Part shown: positions 1 to 13,075 of the stretch, piece after piece
Numbering within the stretch: position 1 is the first letter of the stretch
How the letters are laid out: every line of letters starts with the position of its first letter
Source of the DNA: Podarcis filfolensis
Lineage: Eukaryota
Assembly (NCBI GenBank): GCA_964270895.1
Contig: OZ185446.1
Length of the DNA: 64,000 nucleotides
Direction: 5' to 3' (one strand)
Notes under the pieces: generated by a model
Told to the model about the DNA's origin: nothing
Seen by the model: the letters and a program-made list of their open reading frames with translations, nothing else
Database searches by the model: none
Translations under genes and position numbers: made by a program

Positions 1-1578
1 TCTGCATAGCTTGGTTACATTATTATAGACTGTTCAAATTCCACTTGTGGAATACTGTAACAGAAGCATCATTTTAACCTTCAAGCACTAACCAGAACAG
101 TTGTTCTTCTAATATTCCATAGAATACAGAGATGTATTTTGTATATATAGCACTGTGTTTCAAAATGACTCCACAAGAGTCACCGGTGTAGGTTTCAGCT
201 ACCCGTGAATTGCACACTTCCCTTCGAAGTGTTCTCTCCTAAAGTTTCTTTCCAGCTTTAAGTATCTGTGTACATCTTTTTAGCAGAAACCTCCATCTAT
301 AAAGCCAGTTTCAAACATTCATTCACACAATAGCAAGGCCAACAAACTTTGGCTTTTAGCTGCATGGGGTCATCATGGGCATGGAGCTGGTCAGCCCTAT
401 TCTGTTGGCAACCGTCTGCCTGAGGAGACTTTAGGCATAAAGTCAAATAGCTGGAGAGTTACAGTGCCTGCTGTGGCTGTAGAGACCAATAACAGGAGAT
501 GCATGTTTTATCGCAGGTGGCACAAATGAAGGCGTCTGGTTTTGCTGGTACGGGTGCAGTGTGGAGTTTCACTGGTCAGTCTTAAGACCAATGGTATTCA
601 CCTCTTCGCTCTCCCTGTTTGTTGAACTTGCAACCTTTTCATGGAAAGCATGTGTTCTGCCACTGAGCTATAACCCCTCCTGATACAGGATTGCCTAACC
701 CTGACTCAGAAGGCTCCTGGAACGGGCCTGTGCACAGACCCAGAAATTTCTGCATTGTAAAGTCTTCCCTCCTCATGTCCACAGAATAATGAAGAATATC
801 CTACTGTAGTGTGACAGAATGGAAGGGCAGAGCAATGCAGATAGGAGCTGGCTTGAGTCTCAAAGCAGGCAACACCCATGGTTTCTATGGTTTCCCCTGC
901 ACCAGCCACACTGGAAGAAGGCTGGCTGTTGGCAGCATGTCTAGGGGGGGGCTGCACTCCAGCAACTATACTAGGCATCCAGAAAAGGCTGGAGTGGATA
1001 TCTGGGGAAAGAGATGCCCCCGGTTAAGCCAAAGAAATTGGTGGCCACATTCTCTCCTCTGACTGTTAGTCCTGCCCACCTCCGCTGTCGCTTTCCACCT
1101 TGGTAGATATACCATTTTTCCAAAGCCCCACTCTGTCCTTTTTTAAAAAATAACAACATATTAATTTTCAAAAAGCAAAATTAAAAAATCCCACAATATA
1201 AAAACAGTATAAAACAAAACAAATTAATCATAGCAATTCAGATCATAAATCTTAACTCGATTGACTTCCCTCCACTCCCCCTCTTGGTTCCATTGTATTA
1301 GCTTATTCATGCACGTTCCTAGAGCCTTATATACTTAATAATCCAATCTTAAAACCTTAAAAGCCCCACTCTGCCCTGGTCTTCTGTTGAAGGCCAAGAA
1401 CAAGCGATTGCTTCTCCACCCCAAAGAGCTTCTGTCCAAGAATACAAAACAAAAGTTCCACACACCAAATTACCCCCAGTCATTCTTTCTATCATATTCA
1501 GGAGCTGATTTCAAAGAGAGGCAGAGGGAGAGTTATTGTAAGGACTGGAATTGACTTAAGGTTGGATTTTGCTTACTG

Positions 1579-1962
1579 TGTCAGGAGTGCGTGCAGGAGC
1601 CAGGCCCTGTGACCAGTAGGACTCCGCAGGACTGGGGCCTTCCTAAGTTTGTTCTGAAGAGGCAAGGCGCGGCCGCACAGGTGAGGCCGATTGGTAATTC
1701 ACAGCACCTGGTGGCAAAAGCCAGGAAGGGATCTAAGGTCAGCATTTCCCTTTGGCTTTTTGCCACAGCAACATGTTTCCTGCCTTGCTGCGTTTGGCTC
1801 CTTGATTCTTGATCCTTGGACCCTTGACTTCTTGACTCCCGGCTCTCTGACCCTCAAACTCTTGGCTTCCTGACTCCTGGCTTCTGGACTCTCGTTCCTG
1901 CTCCCACCCCGCTATCTTGTCCTCAGCCGGGACTTCTACCGCCTGTGAACCAGACCGTGATA
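1579..1962. mobile_element. Solo LTR (Gypsy-like by its termini)
   Basis: Termini TGTCA...TGATA, one change from TGACA. Perfect 5-bp target-site duplication TACTG (1574-1578 and 1963-1967). CpG-rich, with internal CTTGACTC-like short repeats. Confidence 0.8.
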
Positions 1963-2703
1963 TACTGGTATTTTGTTCAGGTACTGAATATTCCTGCTGG
2001 ACTGAGCACAAACCTTGTGTAGGAGTGGGGCAAAAATAGAGTCCACCAATACATGGAAATTGTGTTTTTATCTTGTATTTTTATACTGTGAACCACCCAG
2101 ATATCTGCAGATGAAGGGTGGTATAAAAATTTATTTAATTAACAAACAAACAACCAATGCTGGGGGGGGGGGCGGAGATGAGGCAATCTGTGTTTTAAGT
2201 TGGTTCCAGGCAACCTGCAAGGGAGCTAGGAACAGTTTTTCCATTTCTAAAAAGTAAGGTGTAAAGACTCAGGTTTGTAGGGATGCCAGGCCACTTGTGT
2301 GTAGCCCCTTTTTCACTTGGGTAGGAGATGTCGGGCTACACTCTGCGTGTGGTCAGAAGCACTTTTGTATATTCCAGTTGGACAGGACCAGCTGGGTTAT
2401 TTGTGGATTGCACTCTCAACTGCAACCAGTTTACTCCTAGCTCAATGCATTCTGGAAACCAAAGGATAAAATGCAGGAGGTGACAAGGCACTCAGCATCG
2501 CCAGAATTCACCACCCCAAACTTCTGGCCCATCTTAATTCCTGCAATAGTCTTATTTATCTGAAGCATTTTTACTAAGCACTTGGACCAAGAAAAGGCTT
2601 TCAGGGCGGATATGATACTCCCCACCGTTGAGTTTAGAATCTATAAGCCACTACACAAAAGGAAAAGATTTGGAGGGAGTAGGGTAAAAAGAAAAGTCAA
2701 GTA

Positions 2704-2945
2704 CAGTGGTACTTTGGGTTACATACTCTTCAGGTTACATATGCTTCAGGTTACAGACTTCGCTAACCCAGAAATAGTGCTTCAGGTTAAGAACTTTGCT
2801 TGAGGATAAGAACAGAAATCGTGCTCTGGCAGCGCGGCAGCAGCAGGAGGCCCCATTAGCTAAAGTGGTGCTTCAGGTTAAGAACAGTTTCAGGTTAAGC
2901 AGGGACCTCCGGAACGAATTAAGTACTTAACCTGAGGTACCACTG
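2704..2945. mobile_element. Tc1/mariner-type MITE
   Basis: TIRs CAGTGGTAC...GTACCACTG with TA on both sides, and internal CAGGTTA repeats. Confidence 0.9.
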
Positions 2946-3877
2946 TACTAGTTTTTAGTTACAAAGTTCTTTAACAACCAACTGGAATGGGAATAGTTAG
3001 GAACAGAGGTTGAGAGACTAACATAAAGCTGATGTGGAAAGCAGCTATAAAAACATGGCTACACCAACTCAGGATGAAAATCTGTCTCTTTGGCAAAATA
3101 GGAAAGGCAGAAACACACAGGAATTTTGTGTGTGTGTAGGTAAAACATGGAGGGACTCTTCACTGTTGCACAGAATACAAAGAAATGTAGACGTCTCCAA
3201 AGTAAGGTTGTTCATCAGTTCATATGCAATCTTATTCTCATGCCAACCTAAAGTTCCCTACAACATGTGGTGATACATCAATTTTGATTCAAACCCATTT
3301 TTAATTTACAAGCTGCTCACTTTAAAACAAACAATCCTTACATTACCCTAAGTGAGCACTAGGTTGTGCCATCACTCTAAGAATGCCATGTGGGACACAT
3401 TGAAAAAGGCAGAGTCACTTTTTCTCCCCTTCCTCAAGCCACAAGCAGTCACCTTTAATTACATTCTTAAAGGACACCTGTCATGTCAAAATCATCTTTC
3501 TCTTTAAACACACTTCAACACAAAGTTTGCAAAAATAACTAAGCCACTTACAAAGAATCAATGATTAATGCATCTATCTATGATGGTGTAATATATTCTC
3601 TACTCTAGCATGCCATATTAAGCAATATGTTATTATTTTAGGGAGTGAAAAGGTGGAATATTTAACATGAAACAAAGCTAGTTTTATAACTGTATTGGGG
3701 GGGGGGGATACTGTTTCCAAATAATGGAGGAGTGGTTTTCACAAGCTTGACACTGTGATGATAACCTGATAATATTCCCTGGCAGTGCTGCTGCAAAGAG
3801 CTGTCAGCCTTGAATTCCAGAGATTCATTTGAACATATAAATGGCCAACAGGTAACTAACATTTCAGAGCAGAGGAA

Positions 3878-3970
3878 CCTTCCCCAACCTGGTCACTCCC
3901 AGGTATTTGGGCTCCAATTCCCAGCCGATGCAGTTCAAAAGGCTTGAAAGTATCCGGTTGGGGAAGGCTG
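3878..3970. mobile_element. Short hAT-like palindromic MITE
   Basis: Inverted ends CCTTCCCCAACC / GGTTGGGGAAGG. Confidence 0.5.
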
Positions 3971-6770
3971 GGGTGGAGTTTACTGTGTCAGCACAACACT
4001 GCAACAACAGGCTGCTATGCCAGTACTCATCTTTCGGATTAAGGTGGAGAGGTCCATGAGAACCTACCACTTCACACTATTAGAAGGGGAACAGTCATAT
4101 TACCTCAACGTTATAAGGAATTTAGTACACAGCAGAGGATTCTGAGAGTAGTAGCAGATTATTTCCCTAGGGCAAAACCATGTGATTTGAAAAAATCTAT
4201 CCAGACACTTTGCATTATAAACTGCACTGATAGAGTGTTAAATGAGCAGACACTATGAACTGGTGAACTCATTCATTGGTGTGGGGAACATGTGGTGTTG
4301 CTGGACTAAAACGTCCATCATTACTGACCGCTGGGGTACGGGAAATCCATCCGGAAGACAAAATGTATATTGAGGAGTTAGTGATTCTAACATGGCTACC
4401 CTTCCTGCCTCTGTTCCTTCCCCCTCCTTTGCAGCTGTTAAGTTTTTGAAGGTGTGAGAACCTTCTCTGATGTCCTAATAAGTTGGGAGGAAGCCCCCCC
4501 CCCCAGCTGCCTTAATCAGTCTGGGAGGAAATTGTTATTGGAAAGTGAGGCATGGTTTGGGCAGTTTTTTGGGGGAAGTTCATGCCGCAGGGCCGTGCAA
4601 ACTGAGGCCACCTGGGGGAGTCACTTCGCCACTTCTTGAGGACTTCCAAGTGGCAGATAGAAGTGCATGCCTGGTATGTATATATTGCTTGCTGTTTAGA
4701 AACGAAATCATCTTCTCACCCACTTGTGTTTTGTATTGCTTCTGAAACTTCTAAAAGAACCACCTTGCATTTGGCAAGACAGCAAACATTTGGTCATGTT
4801 TGCTGTGCCTGATGGGAGCGGAGTCCAAACAATACCTGGAGGGCCAGAGGTTCCCCATTCTGGTTTTTTGCCCGTACTTTCCTCCATCACAGTGCAAACT
4901 TGCTATTTTGCCTTAAGTCTACTCTCCTAAATACACTTACCTGGGAATAGTCCCATTTAATTCACTGAAAAATGTCTGAGTAGACATGCATAGGATCACA
5001 CTGTAAATTGTGCAAAGTTGTGCAAAAGGCCATAACAAAGTTTACCACAAAAAGAAATAGCTGTATGGATTGATCATGTTCCCAATGGGTTTCAAAAATA
5101 TTTTTTAAAGGGGAAGCTGTTTGTATTTTGAAATGCATTGCTGGAATCTGTAACTGTGCTGGAGTACAAGTTATTTTATTATCGCTCCACCCAAAACCTT
5201 GATGAGGTTTGGGAGAATTTTTCATCTGGCAGCAAAGGAACTTCTATAGGGTTGAGGCAGAAGGTACAAACCATGGCAACTATTCAGGGTGTGAATCAGC
5301 CCTATGTACTTCCTGAGGTGTGTACAAGGTGAGCAAAGATTATTTGGGTGATGCTTTCACAATCCTGAGGCAGAATGCCATTAACAAGGTATTAGGAGTG
5401 GGTGATCACAACTGCAAATTGAAGCATTTTCCATTGCAACAAAATACGAAGTTTAACACCTCAGAACTACAGAGCTGGTCCTTTCTATACAACTATCTTC
5501 TGTAAGGAACACTCCTGATCTCCTTGTATCAACCAGAGCTGTTATCTGGGTTTGGAGATTGAGGAAGATGAAGAAAATTTATCCCCACCCCTCCTGATTT
5601 TGGGGGGTGGGAGCTTTGCTTTTCTTCTCTCCCCAAAAATCTGATGATATAGTGCAACAAAGCAATTCCTTCTTAATTTCCTTGCTTCCTTGGACGGCCA
5701 AGTGGGTAGCTAGCTAGCACATCTTGCTCAGTCCACAGACAAGGAAGGGGAGAATAAGAAGTTGCTGCTCTCCTACACTACACTGTAAGGTTGGAAAAAC
5801 CCTCCTCCTCTATGAAACAATCTGAACATACCCCCCCCCAATACTGGCCAAATGCTCTGCTCCCAATTCCCCTTGCAATTGTGGAAGGCACAACCAAATT
5901 CTCCATTCCCCAATCTGACCTTGGGAAGAATTCCTTTCCGGGGAGACAATATGACTACCAGCGAGATGCAGAGTGGGAATAAAATGTAGGGGGTGGAGGG
6001 ACATTTTCTTCAGTAAAGGGAATTCTGACTTTACTGAAAGCAGGACACAGCCTTGTGCTCTTCTTTCCTGCTCCCCTCATGGCATGTAGGTGAACATCTG
6101 ATCTTAAAGATCCCTTGCAGGATCATCTTCAGCCCTGCCTGATGAAACTACTTTCTTTAGCAATTTCACTGTCCGTGCTTAGAGGGTATGCTGCAAATCA
6201 AACAACAGGACTCGCCTGGTTTCGGTGTCTACTTCAAGTGGTGGGGAAGTGGTAAAACCTAAGTTCCACTTATGATCTAGCCACATGTGGGTGTGAGGGA
6301 AGAAGTCATATCCAAAAAGTTTCTCGTTAATGCTCAATCTTGCTCATGATAAATACTGGAGTTAGTAAAACAGCAGAGCCCACCATCAGCCAAAAGATGT
6401 GTCTGAACACCCTATTTTCCCTCTTAAAAGACTATTTTCTCTGTACTTTTTGAGGACACAGCATTTTCCTGCGAGTACACTGAACCCTTAGCAAGAGCAG
6501 CTCTGGAACAACCATGAAAGGCATTTGTGTGACACTGCATTGAGATGAACGACACTCTGTGTTTGCTGCATCACAGTTGAGATCATTCTTTTATCTAGAA
6601 GCCTTTTCCTTTCAGACACACTGGGTGTGGGGGGGGGGGGGGAGAGGCATCTTTAAATATATGTAATTAACTGCTAAAAGCCTCCTCCTCGTCGTCCTCC
6701 CATCAAAGACATTGAGCTTTGTAAGATGAAAGATTTCTGGCACAAGTAACACAAGCCCAGGGTGATTTAC

Positions 6771-6959
6771 CTGAATAGGTCCTACCGACATCAGCAGGTT
6801 TTTCAGTTGGACATCCGTGGTTGATGAAGAAAGCCCTTCAACTGACACAATGCAGGGCTGTGGTTTGCACTCTACCACTCGCAGATTCTGTTTATTTGGC
6901 ATCAAGCGTCCTCGGCCCATCTGGCCCGCAATGCCTCTGCCTCTCCCGTGCATAATGAC
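6771..6959 (-). CDS. RBM33: RBM33 coding exon with RGR motifs and the start of the C-terminal RRM (VIMHGRGRG...CIVSVEGLSSSTTDVQLKNLLMSVGPIQ)
   Basis: Acceptor ttcttggcag|GTC, donor CAG|GTAAAT. 189 nt, phase 0/0. The rest of the RRM was not found in 1-6770. Confidence 0.97.
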
Positions 6960-7773
6960 CTGCCAAGAACAAAAGTAAGCTGCATTTTTTTATTTACTTG
7001 CTTTCGCCTAACTGAATCTGACAGGTAACGCGCAAGTTAGTAATTCACTTAGAAGGAGATGATGAAAGCGGAGACCGATTAAAAGGTGTCATGTTGCTGT
7101 TGGCAAATTTTACACACACAAGCTTGTTCATTGGACTGACAGCCAAATGGTTCAGACTCCCTGCGTGCTATAAATGTGCAAATATGGAGACATGTCAATG
7201 TAACAAGGATTTCCTCTCTGGGGGGAAGCAACAGCACCAGAAAGGTTATGCCACTGTTTCCCTTAAGAGCTTTCATAACTGCCCAACCGTCCTGGAAACT
7301 GGGGTTTGCCGTAGCAGTTTTCATTCGCCTCCCTGGCCTTCTGATTTCCAGGGGTGCCATCAGCTGTCCAAATTCAGAGCTTGCAAAGCTTAGCTAGTCT
7401 GCAAGACAAGTCCAATGCTAAGAGGGCAACACCCTGATGCACAAAATGGCAACAAAGTTCTATAGGTTTGCATAGCAGAGAAACTGAGCTCTCTATTAAC
7501 ATGATGGATGTTCATTGTGGCGAAGATCATGTTAAGTTCTCCTTAGAAACACCATGCAGATTGAGACAGTTTCTGGTGATAAGTCTACTTTAACACTAAA
7601 ATGACAATACAAAAAGTTGCAAATATTTGACACACCAACTCTCTCTTCTTTCCTTCTCTGGCAACTGGCATGTTTTAACTGGTTCAGCATCTGAATAACC
7701 GTGGGAATTCATTCCTGGCTATTCTTTCAAACCAACTGCAAAGGTGATTTTAATACAAATTGTGAACCCATAC

Positions 7774-7974
7774 CTTCTTTGCCTGATGTATCCCCGGGAT
7801 GTTTTTCAGCCCCTGGGGAAGTGAGTGGATCTGTGCCAGCTGGTGCTGATGTGGTTGCTGTATTGTTCCTTTTGTCAGCGTGACCTTCCGCACAGGCTGA
7901 TGTCTTTGGTCCAGGGGCTGCTGTAGCCGGTGGTGTGGCAGGTCGGAGTGAGAAAAGCCAACGTTCTCACCACC
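7774..7974 (-). CDS. RBM33: RBM33 coding exon (GGENVGFSHS...RKVTLTKG...GIHQAKK)
   Basis: Acceptor tttcccacag|GGT, donor AAG|GTATGG. 201 nt, phase 0/0. Within ORF 7750-8079. Confidence 0.95.
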
Positions 7975-8285
7975 CTGTGGGAAAGCAACACCACACCGGT
8001 TCAGGATCCACAAAATACAGCACACATTTTCTGCAAAGCTATTACAGCGCTGAGTGTGATTAATCTGCACAGGTACCATATTCTGCTAAAAACAGGAACT
8101 GGCTTGAAATTTTGGGTTATGCCGAGTGGAAATAGAATGATGAAATGGGGAGTTGGTAAAAAGCCACCACCGTGCCCCCCCCACCCCCCGACATGATGAC
8201 AGGTTACTAGCTATGCAAATGTCTATGCAAATGTTCTTCTACATGTATAAATGAATCAAAGCCTAATATATGAGAACATCTAAGC

Positions 8286-8655
8286 CAGGGATGTCCAACA
8301 GGTCGATCGCGATCTACTGGTAGATCCCCGGGAGGTTTTGGTAGATTGTGGTTGATCACTGGTTCCCTTTCCTCAGTTAAAAATATAATTGTGCCCCGCC
8401 CCCTCGCCCTCCATTGTTGCCTGAGCTCCAGAACGGATTGTTTCCTTAGTGATTTTTTGGTGAGTGACTTTTCCCCTTTCCCCCTAAAAAAAAGCTCAGC
8501 AACTTTTCCCTGAACCCCTAAAAAAACCGAACTTTCTTTCATTTCTAAAAAAAGCTCAGCAACTTTGACCTGAACCCTCCCCCCAAGGGGTAGATCACTG
8601 CCAGTTTTTTTATTCTGTGAGTAGATCGCTGTCTCTTAGGAGTTGGCCATCCCTG
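8286..8655. mobile_element. Non-autonomous hAT element
   Basis: TIRs CAGGGATGTCCAAC / GTTGGCCATCCCTG with a perfect 8-bp TSD ATCTAAGC (8278-8285 and 8656-8663). Confidence 0.9.
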
Positions 8656-9059
8656 ATCTAAGCTGTGACTTGCATGGGTAAAACAGAATCACATCCACAT
8701 GCCAGATTAGTTTGATAACAGTGGGGGCTGCCTACTGCACGCTCCTTGGGCTATATTCCTCTATCTAGGCTTATTGTTGCTTTCTCTGGGTAACACTCGC
8801 CAATTTTAGGTTCCCAAATGCAGAAGGGGACATTTAAAATTTAAAAAGGTAGTTATGATTAAAGGTACAATGGTGAGGAAGGAAATCATGTTGCATGTAT
8901 TTATGGTTCACATAATTCACTTGGGAAATTTAGTAAAAATTTTGCTGCTCAATTAGGTAGATTCTGTAAAGGAGAAATAATTATGGCAGAAAATTATATT
9001 TATCCCAAAAAATCAAATGAGTATCAGGGGTGAAAAACCTAGAAGCCCCATTTACAATA

Positions 9060-9312
9060 CCAGAAGGCTGAAAATTAATTAATTAAACCATCTGGGCTAG
9101 GAAATTTGCCATTTTTATCTGCTGAGTATTATAACTCTACCATTCTGATATATATATAAATATTGATCAGACTGGTTTTTTGTTTTTTTGAGAAACAATA
9201 AATTATCTACCATCATACAAAGATCAATCAGTATGACAGAGCTCAAGATAAAAACCTGAAGTCTATATTGTTATTTCTAAGTGCCAAAAGGGGATTTGAT
9301 AGACTAGAGTGG
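9060..9312 (+). mobile_element. Degenerate L1-clade LINE reverse-transcriptase fragment
   Basis: 9271-9312 translates to LFLSAKRGFDRLEW, matching the L1-type RT motif LxLDAEKAFDRLEW. Left boundary is a guess. Confidence 0.55.
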
Positions 9313-10354
9313 TGATATCAGTTAAGAGAGTTCGAATTGTTTTAATCTGGGTAGAAATTTCAGATACTGTTTCAACTTCTATATCAAAAACTGACAGCAC
9401 AAGGGCTGCTTATCTCTTGGGTCAATGTTTACTGTCTGCAACAGGAATGGGGAACATTTTTTTGCTCCACAGACCAGATCCTTACCAGACTTGCAACCCA
9501 AATCTGCATTGTTATAGGATGATGTTGGTTATGCTATATGTTTTATATTACAAAATGTAAATTTCTTTATGTGTTATATATTTATAAGTTAAGATAAATA
9601 ATATATGTAATCATAAATTAAATAAGTTCCACCCCCACCCCCCAAAAAGAAAAGAAAATATTGCTTTTAAAAAAGAAAGCAATTTAAGATTAAGTGGGCT
9701 GTAATGTTTTTCCTATAAGGAAAGGTTAAAAGCTTTTGTGACTTTTTAGTTTACAAAAGGTGAGACATGATGGTGGCTTATAAAGCTGCAAATTATGGAG
9801 AAAGTGGCTAGAGAATTCCACTCCATTCAAAACAGAAGAATTCAGATGTCCAATAAAACCGAATGGCTGTTGATTCAGGTCAGGCAAAATAAAGTCAAAC
9901 AATACCTAACAGAATTCACTCCTACAGGATTAGTGATAACCACTAGCTTTGCTGGCTTTAAAAGGAGTTTAGGCAAGTTTAAGGGAAATCAATGACTACT
10001 AGCCAGGTTCAGGGGCATATTGAGCACCAAATATTGCAGGACACACAGCTGGGTGGGGGGGTTGTACTCTGCTTTTGAGACGTCCAGGAGCATCTGAATT
10101 GCCACTGGTGGAAGCAGGATGTTGGACTATCCAAACATCTATTATTTTCTAACCATGATGTGTGCAAATCTTTTTTGCCATGGCACTAGATGCTTCACAG
10201 AAATCCATCTGTCATCAAGTCCAAGCTAGGTGAATCCACCAAAAGAACTACTTGAGAAGGATGTCATTCTGTTGCATGTAGATTAAAATATCATTCCAAA
10301 TTTTGGGAATCAATTAAAACCAGAGTTGTCCTAGAGGGGATGCAAACCTTTCTA

Positions 10355-10422
10355 ATGATGATTGTGATGATGATTTATTGAGTTTATATACCGCCCTATA
10401 CCCGGAGGTCTCGAGGCAGTTC
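10355..10422 (-). mobile_element. L2 LINE 3' end with (ATC)n-like tail
   Basis: TTTATATACCGCCCTATACCCGGAGGTCTC is the reverse complement of the 3' end at 31081-31130. Confidence 0.7.
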
Positions 10423-11056
10423 TAAGAGTTATGTTTATGTACATTTAACTCTGCGAAGTAGACTTGAAACTTCTACTTAGCCTTTCACTTACTTGAGCCT
10501 TTACTAGTATATTAACACGTTTTGTGTAGCCTCTGGCAACGGCAGTGCCAAGGCTGCATTTGCACAGAACCAGATAGTTCCCATCCTCAACAATTATCTG
10601 CCCACAGAGCAAGCCTTAGAACTGAGCCAATAACCAAGTAATACATTAGCACTATTTTGGTAGATTTGCTGAAAGCCAACTTTCCTTTTGAATCAAGACC
10701 AGTATTTTCAGATGACCTTTAATATATTCTTATTCTTCATATGCAAAGTGATAAACGAAGAACAGGATTAGGTGTGAGACAATACAGTTAAAAGGGCAAG
10801 CACTCTAGTCACAGTCAATTCTTAAACGGTTGATCCGCAAAATACCCGATCCTACAGATTTAAAATGCAAACAAAGAGAAGTCAAGAAATATGCTTTCAT
10901 CCCATTATTATATAAAACAGTATTGTATCACAAGTAATTTGTGACAAAAACAAAAAAACCCACGATCCTTGCCAATTTTCAGTGATGGGTATAAGACATT
11001 CCTAAACTAAAGGTATTATACACTGACATATAGCTTAATATTGCACTTATGTGGTA

Positions 11057-11290
11057 CAGTGGTACCTTGGCTTACAACCATAATCCGTTTTGGAGGTCTG
11101 TTTGTAAACCAAAACAGGTTGTAACCCAAGGCGCACTTTGGGGCCTCCCAAAAAATTTGTTCGTAACAAAAAAAAAAAAGGGTTGTAATCCAAAAAAAGC
11201 TTGCAAACCGGGACAAGCACTTCTGGGTTTGACGTGTTTGTAATCCAAAACGTATGCAAACCAAGACATATGCAAACCAAGGTACCACTG
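11057..11290. mobile_element. Tc1/mariner-type MITE (family shared with 16017-16231)
   Basis: 14-bp TIR CAGTGGTACCTTGG / CCAAGGTACCACTG with TA on both sides. Confidence 0.9.
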
Positions 11291-11872
11291 TATTAACTTT
11301 CTATTGTCATTTGCAACTTGGAAGCTACCTTGAAAGTCCAACTGGATTGTACAAGAAAGAACATAAAAGAATGAGGTCCAACCATCTCTAGATCAATGGT
11401 TTATTTGCAGAAATCTAAACTAATTACCTCCAGAAACTTAAGAGACCACGCATTATTGTAAAGAACATGCATTCTTTAATAAATAAGACCTTTGAAGGAG
11501 TGCCAGAATTTTGTATGCTGTGCACTCTATCACGGATACCCTGACAGTTTCACAATGAAGATGAAGTTTGTTTGCCACCAATATTAGCCAGACAAATTTA
11601 TTTATAACAAATGCTTCGAGGATGTCCTGATAAAAAACTGCCCCATTGATACTGTCAGAGCTTCTTGCAATTTGACAGATCAAATCTTATTTTAATTCTT
11701 AAAACCCCGCGAATGAGCGATATCACCAGCAAGCATTCTGTAGTGAGCAAATTGATTAATCCCCTTCTATAGAAATCTCAACTCTTGATTACACCTATCA
11801 GGCGTTAAGCAGCATTATTCCAGAGTGACAACACTTGACAAATTCCCCAACCATCTCTCTCAGCCTTTGTGG

Positions 11873-12044
11873 NNNNNNNNNNNNNNNNNNNNNNNNNNNN
11901 NNNNNNNNNNNNNNNNNNNNNNNNNNNNNNNNNNNNNNNNNNNNNNNNNNNNNNNNNNNNNNNNNNNNNNNNNNNNNNNNNNNNNNNNNNNNNNNNNNNN
12001 NNNNNNNNNNNNNNNNNNNNNNNNNNNNNNNNNNNNNNNNNNNN
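11873..12044. other. Assembly gap (172 N)
   Basis: Run of N. Confidence 1.
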
Positions 12045-12830
12045 CAGACATTTGATACTCCGTACTGAGAGGACAGATAACATTGTAAGGATACACAGAA
12101 GGACAGTAGTGGAGTGTCCCAGGGCAGCCTCTTATGAATTCTCCTTTCGATAAGGCCATACTTCACTGTCATTGGCACTGTTACCGATCTTACAGCCCAT
12201 AGACCTCACTGCACAGGTTTCTATTAACGACGACAATGCTGTGTTTATCCATGTAATCTTTTCTAAAGCTAATTCAAAAATCACCCAACAGCGAGGGGGA
12301 TGTGTTTGCCGGATAAAGCATTTAAAGGAAATAAACTTGGGTCGATTTGTGAAGTGTCACATTGTAGGGACACAGGCAGCAAAAAACTGCTCTGCAGACG
12401 TATTTTGTGAAGATGAGCGGACAGGAAACCTTGCACCCCAGGACCCTCAAATGCCCGCGTTGAGAGAAAAAGTCCTTTTTCAACAACAGTCTTTTTATAA
12501 ACATTTAAAAACGTCCATTTTTCAGCCTTTGTGCTCTCTCTCTCTCTTACCGAGGGGTAAAATACTCTAAAACCAACTTGTTGAGCAAGTTCATTAGCAA
12601 CTATATTTACCAACTGGCAGCTCTATAATAGCAACACTGGCATGAAATTGGGCCGTATGCTCAAGTGGACTTGTCCTTAGATATTCAGTTAAATGGGGTA
12701 TGGAAGATGGAATTAAAAACCGAACGGAAGTTCTGGGTAGAAGTGAAGTTGTATGTCCGCCCTCAATAACTTTGCATATAGCATTGAATCTTGGTCTCCT
12801 GTTTGACTGCTTAATTTGCAAAAGGAACTA

Positions 12831-13075
12831 CAGTGGACGCTCGGGTTGCGAATGTGATCTGTGCGGGAGGCACGTTCGCAACCCGCAGTGCCGCATCTGC
12901 ACACGTGCTGGTTGCGATTCGGTGCTTCTGCACATGCGCAAAGCATGATTTAGCGCTTCTGTGCATGTGCTCGTGCCGAAACCTGGAAGTAACCCGTTCT
13001 GGTACTTCCGGGTTCAGTGTGGTGCGTAACCCGAAAATGTGCAACCTGAAGTGTCTGTAATCTGAGGTATGACTG
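12831..13075. mobile_element. Tc1/mariner-type MITE (family shared with 14401-14646 and 46577-46802)
   Basis: TA-CAGTGGACGCTCGGGTT...GAGGTATGACTG-TA. CpG-rich. Confidence 0.88.

Noticed and set aside
1-6770. Remaining RRM exon(s) (SLQMLPQQRKAIAKF...)
   Set aside because: No matching segment found by eye; presumably beyond the left edge of the window.
11798-12178. ORFs spanning the N run
   Set aside because: Artefacts of translating a gap.
12172-12570. 132-aa + strand ORF
   Set aside because: No recognisable protein similarity or splice context; better explained as non-coding sequence.
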